From contig JBJKYR010000026.1 of the NCBI GenBank assembly GCA_045560945.1, positions 1 through 46,924 of the forward strand: DNA of 46,924 bases, given 5' to 3'. Below the pieces are notes generated by a model that did no database searches, was not told the origin of the DNA, and saw only the letters and a list, made by a program, of their open reading frames with translations. Positions 37,394-46,924 of the stretch are shown here, in pieces. This stretch comes from Alphaproteobacteria bacterium (GTDB taxonomy: Bacteria > Pseudomonadota > Alphaproteobacteria > HIMB59 > GCA-002718135). Every line of letters starts with the position of its first letter. Within the stretch, counting starts at the first letter, position 1. The position numbers and the translations under genes are program-made.

Positions 37394-37539
37394 GTAATCT
37401 CCTTTTTAAAATGTATGGGGTTTTATAAGATTTGTATTTTAGTAATAAATATAAGTATAAATCTCGTCGGTAATTAATTAATATTGTAACTAACAATAAT
37501 TCAATTAATTGCAAGTAATAATATAGAAAGAGTTACATA

Positions 37540-38373
37540 ATGCTTAGTTATAAACACGGGTATCATGCTGGTAATCAAGCAGATGTCCTTAAACATATAT
37601 GCTTAATACAAGCATATAAAAGCTTAAAAAAGCATCATAATTCAATAAGTTACATTGATACGCATGCAGGAAGTGGTGATTATAAATTTAAGAGTGATTA
37701 TATGTCAAAAAACAAAGAATATGAGAAAGGAATCAGCATATTAGAAGAATACAAATACGAAAATCAATCAATTAAATTTTATTTAAAAATTATAAGAAAT
37801 ATTAATAATTCTAAAAAAATATCTTTTTACCCTGGCTCACCATTAATTATGAGTTACATGAGTGATAATAATGACAAATTATCATTTTATGAATTGCATA
37901 ATAACGAATTTATACTTTTAAGAAAAAATTTATCAAAACAAATTAATTCAAAATTTTTTAATAAAGATGGTTTTGATTTTACTAATCAAAAAATAAATTC
38001 AAATGAAAAAACCCTTGTCTTGATTGATCCTTCTTATGAAATAAAGGATGATTTTGAAAAAGTTGTAAATATTCTAAGAACATTAGATAAGGAATATTCA
38101 AACTTAACAGCTTTAATTTGGTACCCAGTTTTGAATGTTGAGAATAATGATCTATTTATAGAAAATATTAGAAAAATTGGATCTAATAGAATTACTCGTA
38201 TTGAGCTTCCTTTAAAAAAATACAATGAAGATATTGGAATGAAAGGTACTGGAATTATTTTATTTGATGGATCTAAATTTCTTATAAATAATATGAAAGA
38301 ATGCGTAAAAGAACTATATCAGATTTTCAAAGATGAAAATTGCAATATAAAACCTAAAATACAAAAAATATAA
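37540..38373 (+). CDS. rlmJ: 23S rRNA (adenine2030-N6)-methyltransferase
   Basis: MLSYKHGYHAGNQADVLKH, YIDTHAGSG, YPGSP, LIDPSYE and WYP. Confidence 0.93.
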   Translation: MLSYKHGYHAGNQADVLKHICLIQAYKSLKKHHNSISYIDTHAGSGDYKFKSDYMSKNKEYEKGISILEEYKYENQSIKFYLKIIRNINNSKKISFYPGSPLIMSYMSDNNDKLSFYELHNNEFILLRKNLSKQINSKFFNKDGFDFTNQKINSNEKTLVLIDPSYEIKDDFEKVVNILRTLDKEYSNLTALIWYPVLNVENNDLFIENIRKIGSNRITRIELPLKKYNEDIGMKGTGIILFDGSKFLINNMKECVKELYQIFKDENCNIKPKIQKI

Positions 38374-39735
38374 ATGGCTCAATCAAAAATTAATCTTAAA
38401 AATGATGGCATTTATTCCCTCTTTATTAAGATTGCTATCCCCTCTTCTATTGGAACAATATTCCAAAATTTATATTCAGTAGTTGATTCAATTTTTGCTG
38501 GGCAAATGATTTCAGAGTCAGCATTAGCTGCAATTGGGCAAATATTTCCAATTTATTTTATAATAATAGCCTTAGGTGTTGGTTTAAGTATTGGAACAAC
38601 ATCATTAATTGCAAATAGTATAGGTGAAAATAATTTAGAAAATTCTGGTAAAATCTTTTCTCAGTCTTTTATTCTCTCAATTCTTGTATCAATTGTCATA
38701 ACTACATTAGGTTTATATTTTAGTCCATCTATAATAAGTTCTATAAATAATGATCAAGAAACCCTTGAGCTATCATTAAAATATATACATATAATATTTT
38801 TTGGTTCGATATTTATATTTATTTTAATTTCAATCAACTCATCCTTAAGTGCTCAAGGTGATACAAAGAGTTATAGAAACGTTTTAATTTTTAGTTTTTT
38901 TTTAAATATATTTTTAAATCCAATTTTAATTTCAGGTAAAATATTTTCATTTCAATTAATGTCACCTCTTGGCATACAAGGAATTGCTTATGCAACGATT
39001 ATTTCCCAGTTTGTTGGAATATTTTATTTGTTTATTAAATTAACAAAAACATCAATTTATAGTTATGTTAACTTAACAATTATTCCAAATTTCTTAATAA
39101 TAAACAATATTTTATCTCAAGGTATACCAGCATCTATAGGTATGATGATGATAGCAGTAGGTTCATATATACTAATTTATTTTGTTGGTTTTTTTGGAGT
39201 AGAGGCGATTGCAGGTTACACTTCTGCAGGACGATATGAGCAATTATTCTTCCTTCCACTTCTAGGTTTAAGTACTGCAACAGTAACTATTGTTGGGCAA
39301 AATTTTGGAGCAAAACAATATAAACGTGTCATAGAGACATATAAAAAAGGAATTAAAATAGGAGTAACAATATTATCTTTATTTGGATTATTAATATTTT
39401 TCTCTGCAGATATAGCTATGAATTTATTTACCGATAATGAGGATGTTAAAAAATATGGCTCAGACTATTTAAAAATATCTGCTTTAATGTTTCCTGCTTT
39501 TCCATTTTTTTTTATTAGTAATGCAACATTTCAAGGTTTAAAAAGGGCAATAATAGTTATGTACATGGCTATTTTGAGATTTGTTTTAATTCCTTTTATT
39601 TTGATTTCTTTAATTTTTTATCAAATTGGTGAAAACTATAATTTTATTTTCTTTGCCTTAGCAGTGATGCACTGGACAATAGGTTTAATATATTTTTACT
39701 ATTCTAATAAAAAATATAAAAAAATTTTAAATTAA
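38374..39735 (+). CDS. MATE family efflux transporter
   Basis: About 12 TM segments, with LYSVVDSIF, GDTK, NIFLNP and VGQNFGAK. Confidence 0.92.
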   Translation: MAQSKINLKNDGIYSLFIKIAIPSSIGTIFQNLYSVVDSIFAGQMISESALAAIGQIFPIYFIIIALGVGLSIGTTSLIANSIGENNLENSGKIFSQSFILSILVSIVITTLGLYFSPSIISSINNDQETLELSLKYIHIIFFGSIFIFILISINSSLSAQGDTKSYRNVLIFSFFLNIFLNPILISGKIFSFQLMSPLGIQGIAYATIISQFVGIFYLFIKLTKTSIYSYVNLTIIPNFLIINNILSQGIPASIGMMMIAVGSYILIYFVGFFGVEAIAGYTSAGRYEQLFFLPLLGLSTATVTIVGQNFGAKQYKRVIETYKKGIKIGVTILSLFGLLIFFSADIAMNLFTDNEDVKKYGSDYLKISALMFPAFPFFFISNATFQGLKRAIIVMYMAILRFVLIPFILISLIFYQIGENYNFIFFALAVMHWTIGLIYFYYSNKKYKKILN

Positions 39736-39738
39736 CAA

Positions 39739-40365
39739 CTACTGTGTCCCAGAAAGATTAGGTACAAAAAGAACATCATCGTAGGTTTCTGATTCTAAAA
39801 CATTATTTATCTTTTTATATTTAATAATTATTTGCTTATTTTTACTATTAATTGGAGAAACTATAATTCCTCCTTCATCTATTTGCGAGGATATTTCCTT
39901 AGAAATATGTGATGTTGCTGCAGTAATAATAATTCTATCAAAAGGAATTTGTTCTTTCCACCCAAGGTTACCATCAGCATATTTTGTAACTATATTGGAA
40001 ATTTTTAATTCCTTAAATATATTTTCAGCTTTTATTGATAAATTTTTTATTCTTTCTATAGTATAAACTCTTCTTACTAATTGTGATAAAACAGCACTTT
40101 GATAACCACTACCTGTGCCTACTTCTAAAACCTTATGTTTTGACTCAAGTTCAAGTAATTGAGTCATCTTAGCAACAACAAAAGGCTGACTAATTGTTTG
40201 GTTATCACCAATAGGAAGTGCTAAATTATCATAGGCTTGATTTCTAAAATTTTCAGGTATAAATTTTTCACGAGGAATTTTTTCTATTGCAGATAAAATT
40301 TTAGCATCTGAAATACCCGACTCTCTTAATTCCAGTATTAGTCGAATTTTTTTAACATCAAGCAC
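39739..40365 (-). CDS. pcm: Protein-L-isoaspartate O-methyltransferase
   Basis: IPREKF, QTISQP, VLEVGTGSGYQ and PFDRIIITAA. Confidence 0.95.
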   Translation of the reverse strand: MLDVKKIRLILELRESGISDAKILSAIEKIPREKFIPENFRNQAYDNLALPIGDNQTISQPFVVAKMTQLLELESKHKVLEVGTGSGYQSAVLSQLVRRVYTIERIKNLSIKAENIFKELKISNIVTKYADGNLGWKEQIPFDRIIITAATSHISKEISSQIDEGGIIVSPINSKNKQIIIKYKKINNVLESETYDDVLFVPNLSGTQ

Positions 40366-41627
40366 TAAAAAAGATGATCTTGATTATCAAAATATTTTTT
40401 CAATACTTTTGGAATCCTAACATTTCCATCCGCAGTTTGGTAATTTTCCAATATAGCTATTAATGTTCTTCCTACTGCAAGGCCTGAACCATTCAAGGTA
40501 TGTATATAAATATTTTTATCATTTTGTTTATACCTAGTATTCATTCTTCTTGCTTGAAAATCTCCACAATTAGAGCAACTTGATATTTCTCTATATTTAT
40601 CTTCCCCAGGAAGCCACACCTCTATATCATACGTTTTATTAGCGTTAAAACCCATATCTCCTGTGCATAATGTAATTACTCTATAATGAAGCTCTAAATC
40701 TTGAAGAATTCCTTCAGCACAATTAAGCATTCTCTCTAATTCATCTTTTGATTGTTGAGGTTCTACTAATGAAACTAATTCAACTTTAGTAAATTGATGC
40801 TGTCTAAGCATACCTCTAGTATCTTTGCCAGCAGCCCCAGCCTCAGATCTAAAACAAGGTGTATAAGAAGTAAATCGCATAGGTAATTGATCAATATTCA
40901 ATATTTCACTACTATGAAGTGCGGTCAGTGGTATTTCAGCTGTGGGTATTAACCAGTGATCATCACCGGCAGTAAATAAATCGTCTGCAAACTTTGGTAA
41001 TTGTCCAGTGCCATATAATGTCTCTTCTTTAACCAAGTAAGGAACATGCATCTCAACATATCCATTTACTAAAGTATGTTTATCAATCAAAAAATTTGCA
41101 ATAACTCTCTCTAATTTAGAAAGTTGACCTTTTAAAATAACAAATCTTGAACCTGATAATTTTGTTGCAGTTTCAAAATTCATTGAATTAGCATTTTCAC
41201 CGATTTCGAAGTGAAGTTTAGGATTAAAATCAAAAGTAGGCTTATCACCCCAATCTTTATAAAATACATTTTCAGTTTCATTAGCTCCTACTGGAGTACT
41301 AGAGTCTGGTATATTTGGCAATCTACTTAAAATTGATTTTAGCTCATCGTCTTTTAATGTTTCTAATTGTTTTAGGGTGTTAACTTTATTTTTTATATCT
41401 TCAACTTTTTCCATTTCATGAGTGGCATCTTTTTTTTGACTCTTTAATTGTCCTATAGATTTAGATATTTGATTTCTTTCAGCTAATAAATTTTGCAAAA
41501 TTGTTTGTGTTTCTCTTTTCACCTTATCTATTTCAATAATTTTATTAGCTATGGGATTTTCACCTCTTGTTTTCATAAAGTTGTCAAACTCTGTAGGATT
41601 TTCTCTAATATAATTAATGTTATGCAT
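40365..41627 (-). CDS. serS: Serine--tRNA ligase
   Basis: N-terminal coiled coil, GTGQLPKF, LIPTAE, CFRSEAG, RQHQFTKVE, EISSCSN and TLNGSGLAVGR. Confidence 0.98.
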   Translation of the reverse strand: MHNINYIRENPTEFDNFMKTRGENPIANKIIEIDKVKRETQTILQNLLAERNQISKSIGQLKSQKKDATHEMEKVEDIKNKVNTLKQLETLKDDELKSILSRLPNIPDSSTPVGANETENVFYKDWGDKPTFDFNPKLHFEIGENANSMNFETATKLSGSRFVILKGQLSKLERVIANFLIDKHTLVNGYVEMHVPYLVKEETLYGTGQLPKFADDLFTAGDDHWLIPTAEIPLTALHSSEILNIDQLPMRFTSYTPCFRSEAGAAGKDTRGMLRQHQFTKVELVSLVEPQQSKDELERMLNCAEGILQDLELHYRVITLCTGDMGFNANKTYDIEVWLPGEDKYREISSCSNCGDFQARRMNTRYKQNDKNIYIHTLNGSGLAVGRTLIAILENYQTADGNVRIPKVLKKYFDNQDHLF

Positions 41628-42385
41628 TAGTCGTCTTTTTTATTTTTTTGAATAATTTTAGCTATGTAAATAGAGATTTCATAAAGTATTATAATTGGTA
41701 AAGCTAGACTAATTTGACTAAAAGGATCGGGAGGTGTTAAAAATGCTGCTGATAAAAAAGCAATAACAATTGCGTATTTTCTAAACTTTTTAAGAGACGT
41801 ATATGTGACTATCCCTACTTTAGCCATCAACCCTAACACAACAGGCAGTTGAAATGCTAAACCAAATGCAAAAATAAATCGCATCATTAAAGAGAGGTAC
41901 TCACCCATTTTAGCCTCTAATCTTATAGGCACTCCTGAATCACTCATGTTTTGATATGAGAGAAAAAAATTCCACGCAAGTGGGGCTATCAAATAATATA
42001 CCATAGCACCACCAGCAAAAAATAATATGGGAGTAGCCATTAAAAAGGGTAAAAAAGCATTTTTTTCATGTTTATAAAGGCCAGGAGCAATGAATTTCCA
42101 TATTTGAATAGCAATTAATGGAAAAGCAAAAAACAAAGCAAAGAAAAAGGCAATTTTTAATTCTGTAAAAAAAGCCTCTTGTAAAGCAGTATAAATAAAT
42201 CCTTGCCCTTTATCAATTTGTAATAAATTAACTAAAGGTTTTGCAAGAAAATAAAATAAATCACTTGCAAAATAAAAGCATATTATAAAAATTATAATTA
42301 TATAAATAAAACTCCACAAAAGCCTTTTGCGTAATTCTGTAAGATGATCAATTAATGACATTTCTTTAAATTCTTGATTAGCCAT
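41627..42385 (-). CDS. tatC: Twin-arginine translocase subunit TatC
   Basis: HLTELRKRL, FIAPGLY..E, FQLP and TPPDPFSQ. Confidence 0.97.
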   Translation of the reverse strand: MANQEFKEMSLIDHLTELRKRLLWSFIYIIIIFIICFYFASDLFYFLAKPLVNLLQIDKGQGFIYTALQEAFFTELKIAFFFALFFAFPLIAIQIWKFIAPGLYKHEKNAFLPFLMATPILFFAGGAMVYYLIAPLAWNFFLSYQNMSDSGVPIRLEAKMGEYLSLMMRFIFAFGLAFQLPVVLGLMAKVGIVTYTSLKKFRKYAIVIAFLSAAFLTPPDPFSQISLALPIIILYEISIYIAKIIQKNKKDD

Positions 42386-42393
42386 AAAATTTA

Positions 42394-42813
42394 CTAAATT
42401 AAATCAGCCTCATCTTGAGTCTTATTTTTATTTTCTTTCTGAACATCTTTTTCACTTAAGGTAGATGTTTCTTTTGTTGAATTAATTTCATTTTCTAAAT
42501 TTTTTAGATCCTTAACTTCTTTTTCAATTATATTAGCTGTTTCTTTTAATGAATTAACTTCAGATTTAAACTTGTCCTTAATATTTAAATCATCTTTAAT
42601 ATTTTTTGCTTCCATTATAGTTTTATTGATTTCTTTAAACTCCTCTTGATCAGCAATTTCATTTAAAGAATATTTAAACTCTCTTGATAATTTTTTAAGA
42701 GATTTTGCGAATGTAGAAAATTGTTTAATTAATTTCGGTAAATCTTTAGGGCCTACAACTACAATGACTACAGCAAGAACAAGAAGAATTTCACCCCAAC
42801 CAAAAGTAAGCAT
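42394..42813 (-). CDS. tatB: Twin-arginine translocase subunit TatB
   Basis: GWGEILLV...VVGPKDLP. Located between tatA and tatC. Confidence 0.93.
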   Translation of the reverse strand: MLTFGWGEILLVLAVVIVVVGPKDLPKLIKQFSTFAKSLKKLSREFKYSLNEIADQEEFKEINKTIMEAKNIKDDLNIKDKFKSEVNSLKETANIIEKEVKDLKNLENEINSTKETSTLSEKDVQKENKNKTQDEADLI

Positions 42814-42815
42814 AA

Positions 42816-43001
42816 TTACTTTTCGTTATCAGAATTATTCTCTATATTTTTATCTTCTTTTTTATCTTCATCGCTCATACCTTTTTTAAAGGATTTAATT
42901 CCTTTAGCCATATCGCCCATGAGCTGAGGTATTTTACCCCTACCAAATAATAATAACACAATTACTAGTACAATTAAAAGTTGCCAAATGCTTGGTGTCA
43001 T
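42816..43001 (-). CDS. tatA: Twin-arginine translocase subunit TatA
   Basis: WQLLIV...[25 protein letters not shown]. Confidence 0.95.
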   Translation of the reverse strand: MTPSIWQLLIVLVIVLLLFGRGKIPQLMGDMAKGIKSFKKGMSDEDKKEDKNIENNSDNEK

Positions 43002-43089
43002 AAATTATCTCCTTTTAAGAATGCTCATAACGTAAAATATGAAAAAGTAAAACTCTATAAACGCCTTAAAATGAAAGAAAGTGTTATTA

Positions 43090-43728
43090 TTAGGGATTTT
43101 CCTTTGGTATAAAATCTTCTAAAGTTTCCTCTTCTCCATCAATTTCGAGACCTTCTATATCTTGATTTTTGCTAGCAATATCAGTGATAGTTGCAATTGC
43201 TGATCTTTTTTCTAAAAATCCACTAGCTTTTAATTCATCTTTATTAGGTAAATCTGAAATATTTTCAATTCCAAAATGCTCCATAAATAGATCTGTAGTA
43301 ACCCATAAAGCAGGTTTTCCAGGAATATTTTTTCTTCCAGATGGCTTAATCCACCCAGTTTCCATTAAGTGATCTATTGAACCTCTGCCCATTTGAACGC
43401 CTCTTATATTCTCTATTTCAGATCTAGTTATAGGTTGTTGATAAGCAATTATTGATAAAGTTTCAATTGCAGCTCTAGATAATTTTCTTTTTTGAGTTTT
43501 AAAGATTGTTAATTCATCTTTAATAGTTTCTGAAGTTCGAAAAGACCATTTATTACCAGTTTTAATTAAATTAATACCTCTAGTTTCATAAAACATTTTA
43601 AGATCTTCAATTTCTTTTTTAAAATTTTTTTTATTAATCATTTTTTCTTTTAAATCTTCCTCTAATATGGGATCTCCTGATGCAAACAAAATTGCTTCTA
43701 AAATTTTTGTATCTCTATTGATGGTCAT
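43090..43728 (-). CDS. scpB: SMC-Scp complex subunit ScpB
   Basis: LEAILFAS, LSRAAIETLSIIAYQQPITRSEIENIRGV and PGKP. Confidence 0.95.
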   Translation of the reverse strand: MTINRDTKILEAILFASGDPILEEDLKEKMINKKNFKKEIEDLKMFYETRGINLIKTGNKWSFRTSETIKDELTIFKTQKRKLSRAAIETLSIIAYQQPITRSEIENIRGVQMGRGSIDHLMETGWIKPSGRKNIPGKPALWVTTDLFMEHFGIENISDLPNKDELKASGFLEKRSAIATITDIASKNQDIEGLEIDGEEETLEDFIPKENP

Positions 43729-44492
43729 AACTGTCTTAATTTTACAAAAATATTTCCAAATGCATCATTTTGTTTAACATCAATAAAACCATTTTTAGCT
43801 AATTCTAATGAAGCAACAAAATTAGATGATAATATTGATTTATTTACTATTTTATTACTATTAAATTTTGGAATTAAGTTTAATAAATTTGTCCATTCAG
43901 TTATTTCTCCAAAGATATTTTGTAATCTTTGTATTGCATTATCAACAGAAAATAATTCAGAATATGCTATAGTTAGATGACTAGCTTTTTCATCTTTTTG
44001 AATAATAGAAGAGTAAGCACTAAGTAAATCAAATAAAGATGATGAGTATGTAATATTATATTTTACTTTAAGACCTTCTGATGAGCCACCATAAAATGAA
44101 TCTCTTCCAATAAGTGTTCTAGAATATAATTTTTTTGAAACTGATTGAAAAGCCTCTAGTCTTTGGAGTTGGAATTTAAGAGCTTCTTCCAATTCTTCAG
44201 GTGTATGGTCTTCAGATTTCTCATCTTTTGGAAGAAGCAGTCTTGACTTTAAATATGTAAGCCAAGCTGCCATAACAAGGTAATCTGCAGCAATTTCTAA
44301 GTGTATATCTTGAAATTGATTAATAAAATTAATGTATTGTTCAGCTAATTCTAGAATAGATATTTCTGATAAATCTACTTTTTGCTTTCGTGCTAATTCT
44401 AAAAGTAAGTCAATAGGACCTTCATATGAGTTGAGGGTAATATTAAATTGTTTTGAAGAAGAGTTATCAATTTCGTTAGTAATATTAAGCAT
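43725..44492 (-). CDS. scpA: Segregation/condensation protein ScpA
   Basis: YEGPIDLLL, AADYLVMAAWL..LKSRLLLP and FVASLEL. Confidence 0.95.
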   Translation of the reverse strand: MLNITNEIDNSSSKQFNITLNSYEGPIDLLLELARKQKVDLSEISILELAEQYINFINQFQDIHLEIAADYLVMAAWLTYLKSRLLLPKDEKSEDHTPEELEEALKFQLQRLEAFQSVSKKLYSRTLIGRDSFYGGSSEGLKVKYNITYSSSLFDLLSAYSSIIQKDEKASHLTIAYSELFSVDNAIQRLQNIFGEITEWTNLLNLIPKFNSNKIVNKSILSSNFVASLELAKNGFIDVKQNDAFGNIFVKLRQL

Positions 44493-44528
44493 ATTTTATT
44501 ATAATAAATTTTTGTGATTCTGGCTAAT

Positions 44529-45047
44529 TTAAAATTTAGTTGTATCAACTACTAAACAATTATTCATTTTAGTTAAAAAATTTATGCAATAATTTGTAGC
44601 ATCTAATCTAGTCGTAAAATTTTTATACAGTAAAAAGTATTCAATTCCTAATTCTGATGTTAAAGCCAAGATGTAAAAATCATCTATATTATATACCGAT
44701 TCATCAAAGTTAGTTATTTTTTTTAAATATTGATTAACATTTATGATCTGACTATCGGTAAAAAATTGAATACTAAATAATAAATCATTAGGTTTTTCTA
44801 TCTCATGTTCAGCAATCTTTTTTGAAGTTTTATTAAGACTTTTCTTATCAAGATTTGCTATCTTTTCCCCCCCTCTATCCTCAGGGACAATAAAAAAAAC
44901 ATCAGTATTTTCTGGAATAACTATCAATTCATTTTCATTTGAGAGTAAAAAAAGATAAAGAAAGAAAAAGATTACAATGATACAAGATAAAGCAATTATT
45001 ATCTTTCTGTATGATTTTTTTTTCTTAAATAAAAGTCTTGCATTCAT
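44529..45047 (-). CDS. Bitopic membrane protein, probable reduced SPOR/FtsN-like protein
   Basis: Basic N-terminus plus one TM, a PEDRGGEKIANLDK motif and a C-terminal two-Cys domain. It sits in the argS-SPOR-scpA position typical of alphaproteobacteria. Confidence 0.55.
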   Translation of the reverse strand: MNARLLFKKKKSYRKIIIALSCIIVIFFFLYLFLLSNENELIVIPENTDVFFIVPEDRGGEKIANLDKKSLNKTSKKIAEHEIEKPNDLLFSIQFFTDSQIINVNQYLKKITNFDESVYNIDDFYILALTSELGIEYFLLYKNFTTRLDATNYCINFLTKMNNCLVVDTTKF

Positions 45048-46786
45048 TACATTGTTTCATGATAATCAATACCAATAATATTAAATATATTTTCAAAGAC
45101 TAACCTCATCGAATGAAGCCATATTAATTTTGTTTGAGTTTTTATAATATTATTTTCATCTATAAAACGAAGAGATTCATTTTCCTTACCTTTATTCCAG
45201 AATGAATGAAAAGATGAAGATACATCTTCAATAAAGTTAGTTAATCGATGAGGTTCTCTTGCGTTAGAGGCTAATTTTACAATATATGGATAAGATAATA
45301 ATTTTAATATTATTTCTATTTCATCTTTTGTTAAATATTTAATAATTTCTTCAAAATTATTAAATGTTTTTATATCAATACCTAAATCTTCCGCTTTGTT
45401 AATAACTGAAGATGCTCTTGCATAAGCATATTGACAATAAAAAACTGGATTGTCTTTATTCTTTTCAATCACTTTATTTAAATCAAAATCCATAGAAGTT
45501 TCGCTTTTAGTTGATACCATAAAGTATCTGAGAGGGTCTTTACCAACCTGATCATACATTTCTTGCAATGTGATAAAATTGCCTTCTCTTTTCGACATTT
45601 TTAATATTTTATTATTCTTGATAAGTCTCACTATTTGACATGTTACTATTTCAAGATAATCATCTTTATTAGCAATTGTTTTTAGTAAAGATTTCATACG
45701 CGGAATATACCCTACATGATCAGCGCCCCATATATTAATTAACTGATCAAATTTTCTATTATATTTATCGAGATGGTAAGCTGCATCATTAGCAAAATAT
45801 GTCCATTCGCCATTGGATTTTTTAAAAGCTCGGTCTTGATCATCAAGTATTGTAGATGATTTAAAAAGTAATTGTTCTCTTGGTTCCCAGTCTTCAGAGT
45901 CATCACCTTTAGGCTTATCAAGAATACCATTATAAAGTAAATTTTTTTTATCTAATATCTTAAATAGGTCGTTAATAATATTGCTTTTAACAATATCTGA
46001 TTCAAAAGAAAATTTATCAAACTTAATATTTAATAACTTCAAATCCTGCTTAATAAATTCTATCAAATACTTAACTGCAAACTCTTTAAAATAATCTTCT
46101 CTTTGCCTTAAGTCATGATTAAGCCACTTATCTCCATCTTTTTTTTCAATTAATTTGGCAATATCAATTAGATATTCACCTGGATACTCATCGCTATTTA
46201 ATTCTGTTTTCTCTCCGTTTAACTCAAGATATCTTTTAAATAAAGATTTACCCAATATATCAATCTGAGAACCTGCATTGTTAACATAATATTCTCTTGT
46301 TACGTGATGACCAGTATTAGAGAGCAACGAAGATATAACATCTCCTAAAACTGCTCCACGCATATGAGCTACGGTAACTGGACCAGTTGGGTTTGCAGAT
46401 ACAAATTCAACATTTACCTTGCTCCCGTTACCTAAATCAGATTTACCAAATTGATTTTGTTGAGTAAGTAGATATTCAATTTGATCTATTAGAAATTTCT
46501 TCTTAATATTTATATTAATAAAACCATTTTTTGAAATTTCACATTTTTCAATAAAAGGTAGATTGTGAACTCCTGCAATAAGCTCTTTTTTAAAATTAAA
46601 TTCTTTATTTAAAATTTTTTTAATCGCTACTAGATAAAAATTAGAGGAAATATCCCCTTGCCTAGACTTTGATGAAAAATCTATACTGATTGAATTTCTA
46701 TTAAAAGTATTAAGATGATTATTTTTAATACATTTATCAGCAAATTCATTAAAATATGTAAAAAGTAAATCAATATGATTATTCAT
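45047..46786 (-). CDS. argS: Arginine--tRNA ligase
   Basis: VEFVSANPTGP, HIGH-like HMRG, REYYVN, WGADHVGY, KMSKR and NPVFYCQYAYAR. The likely start is 46786, overlapping the dgt stop. Confidence 0.97.
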   Translation of the reverse strand: MNNHIDLLFTYFNEFADKCIKNNHLNTFNRNSISIDFSSKSRQGDISSNFYLVAIKKILNKEFNFKKELIAGVHNLPFIEKCEISKNGFININIKKKFLIDQIEYLLTQQNQFGKSDLGNGSKVNVEFVSANPTGPVTVAHMRGAVLGDVISSLLSNTGHHVTREYYVNNAGSQIDILGKSLFKRYLELNGEKTELNSDEYPGEYLIDIAKLIEKKDGDKWLNHDLRQREDYFKEFAVKYLIEFIKQDLKLLNIKFDKFSFESDIVKSNIINDLFKILDKKNLLYNGILDKPKGDDSEDWEPREQLLFKSSTILDDQDRAFKKSNGEWTYFANDAAYHLDKYNRKFDQLINIWGADHVGYIPRMKSLLKTIANKDDYLEIVTCQIVRLIKNNKILKMSKREGNFITLQEMYDQVGKDPLRYFMVSTKSETSMDFDLNKVIEKNKDNPVFYCQYAYARASSVINKAEDLGIDIKTFNNFEEIIKYLTKDEIEIILKLLSYPYIVKLASNAREPHRLTNFIEDVSSSFHSFWNKGKENESLRFIDENNIIKTQTKLIWLHSMRLVFENIFNIIGIDYHETM

Positions 46787-46924
46787 ATAAATCCTTATGG
46801 AGTCTTGAGGCATATCTATCTGTCATACCAGAAATATAATCACAAATTACCCTTTCTATGGGTTCATTTATACTTCGCCAATCATCGGGAAGTTTATTAG
46901 GTGATTTATAAAAGTATTTAAATA
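46779..46924 (-). CDS. dgt: Deoxyguanosinetriphosphate triphosphohydrolase, 3' fragment
   Basis: Not in the ORF track. Manual translation gives FKYFYKSPNKLPDDWRSINEPIERVICDYISGMTDRYASRLHKDLYE*, containing the dGTPase C-terminal motif DYISGMTD. Confidence 0.88.
   Translation of the reverse strand, partial: FKYFYKSPNKLPDDWRSINEPIERVICDYISGMTDRYASRLHKDLYE

Noticed and set aside
37185-37397. Plus-strand 70-aa ORF covering cspA
   Set aside because: An exact antisense shadow of a strongly conserved gene.
37394-37539. Possible cspA 5' UTR thermosensor
   Set aside because: Only a weak AT-rich imperfect inverted repeat is visible. A fold cannot be supported by eye.
29112-45930. Remaining short alternative-frame or antisense ORFs (29112-29381, 35659-35841, 38034-38225, 43169-43372, 44332-44517, 45739-45930; also 12831-13025 and 16917-17099 earlier)
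   Set aside because: All are nested in confidently identified genes, with no motifs or ribosome-binding sites.
46787-46813. ORF-track start for argS at 46813
   Set aside because: It lies inside the dgt coding end. The ATG at 46786 overlapping the dgt stop is more plausible.
1-46924. CRISPR arrays, tRNA/rRNA genes, IS elements, prophage or anti-phage defence systems
   Set aside because: No regularly spaced repeats, cloverleaf or rRNA-like tracts, transposases, integrases or phage genes were seen. The deaminase, MazG-like gene and dGTPase sit in housekeeping contexts and are not clustered as a defence island.

Overview
A gene-dense, very AT-rich chromosomal segment. The gene order (dgt-argS-SPOR-scpAB-tatABC-serS-pcm), a SAM-V riboswitch and a tandem glycine riboswitch point to a streamlined marine alphaproteobacterium of the SAR11/HIMB59 type; this taxonomy is inferred, not verified. 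From left to right: (1) the end of a rare-sugar catabolic cluster (non-canonical RpiB/DerI-like isomerase, two Gfo/Idh/MocA dehydrogenases, a ketose 3-epimerase-family enzyme, a PfkB kinase, an aldolase/SDR fusion); (2) MOSC, YbaK, typA and transporters; (3) a reduced-sulfur block (Lrp/DecR-like regulator, SAM-V-metY, later pcs-cysE-cysK-cystathionine lyase); (4) an uncharacterised operon of a non-canonical fold-IV PLP enzyme, a sulfotransferase-like protein, a hydratase and a DCC thiol protein; (5) riboswitch-controlled gcvTHP with rseP and a MazG-like gene attached; (6) an unannotated, approximately 115-nt four-hairpin RNA upstream of a deaminase; (7) anmK, djlA, cspA, rlmJ, a MATE pump and the core tat/scp/argS block. 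Three clear and one possible +1 indels in homopolymer runs break otherwise intact genes and are most likely assembly errors. I found no tRNA, rRNA, CRISPR array, transposase or phage genes. The best novelty candidates are the intergenic RNA at 32736-32851, the PLP/sulfotransferase operon, the sugar pathway and a probable reverse-transsulfuration module.
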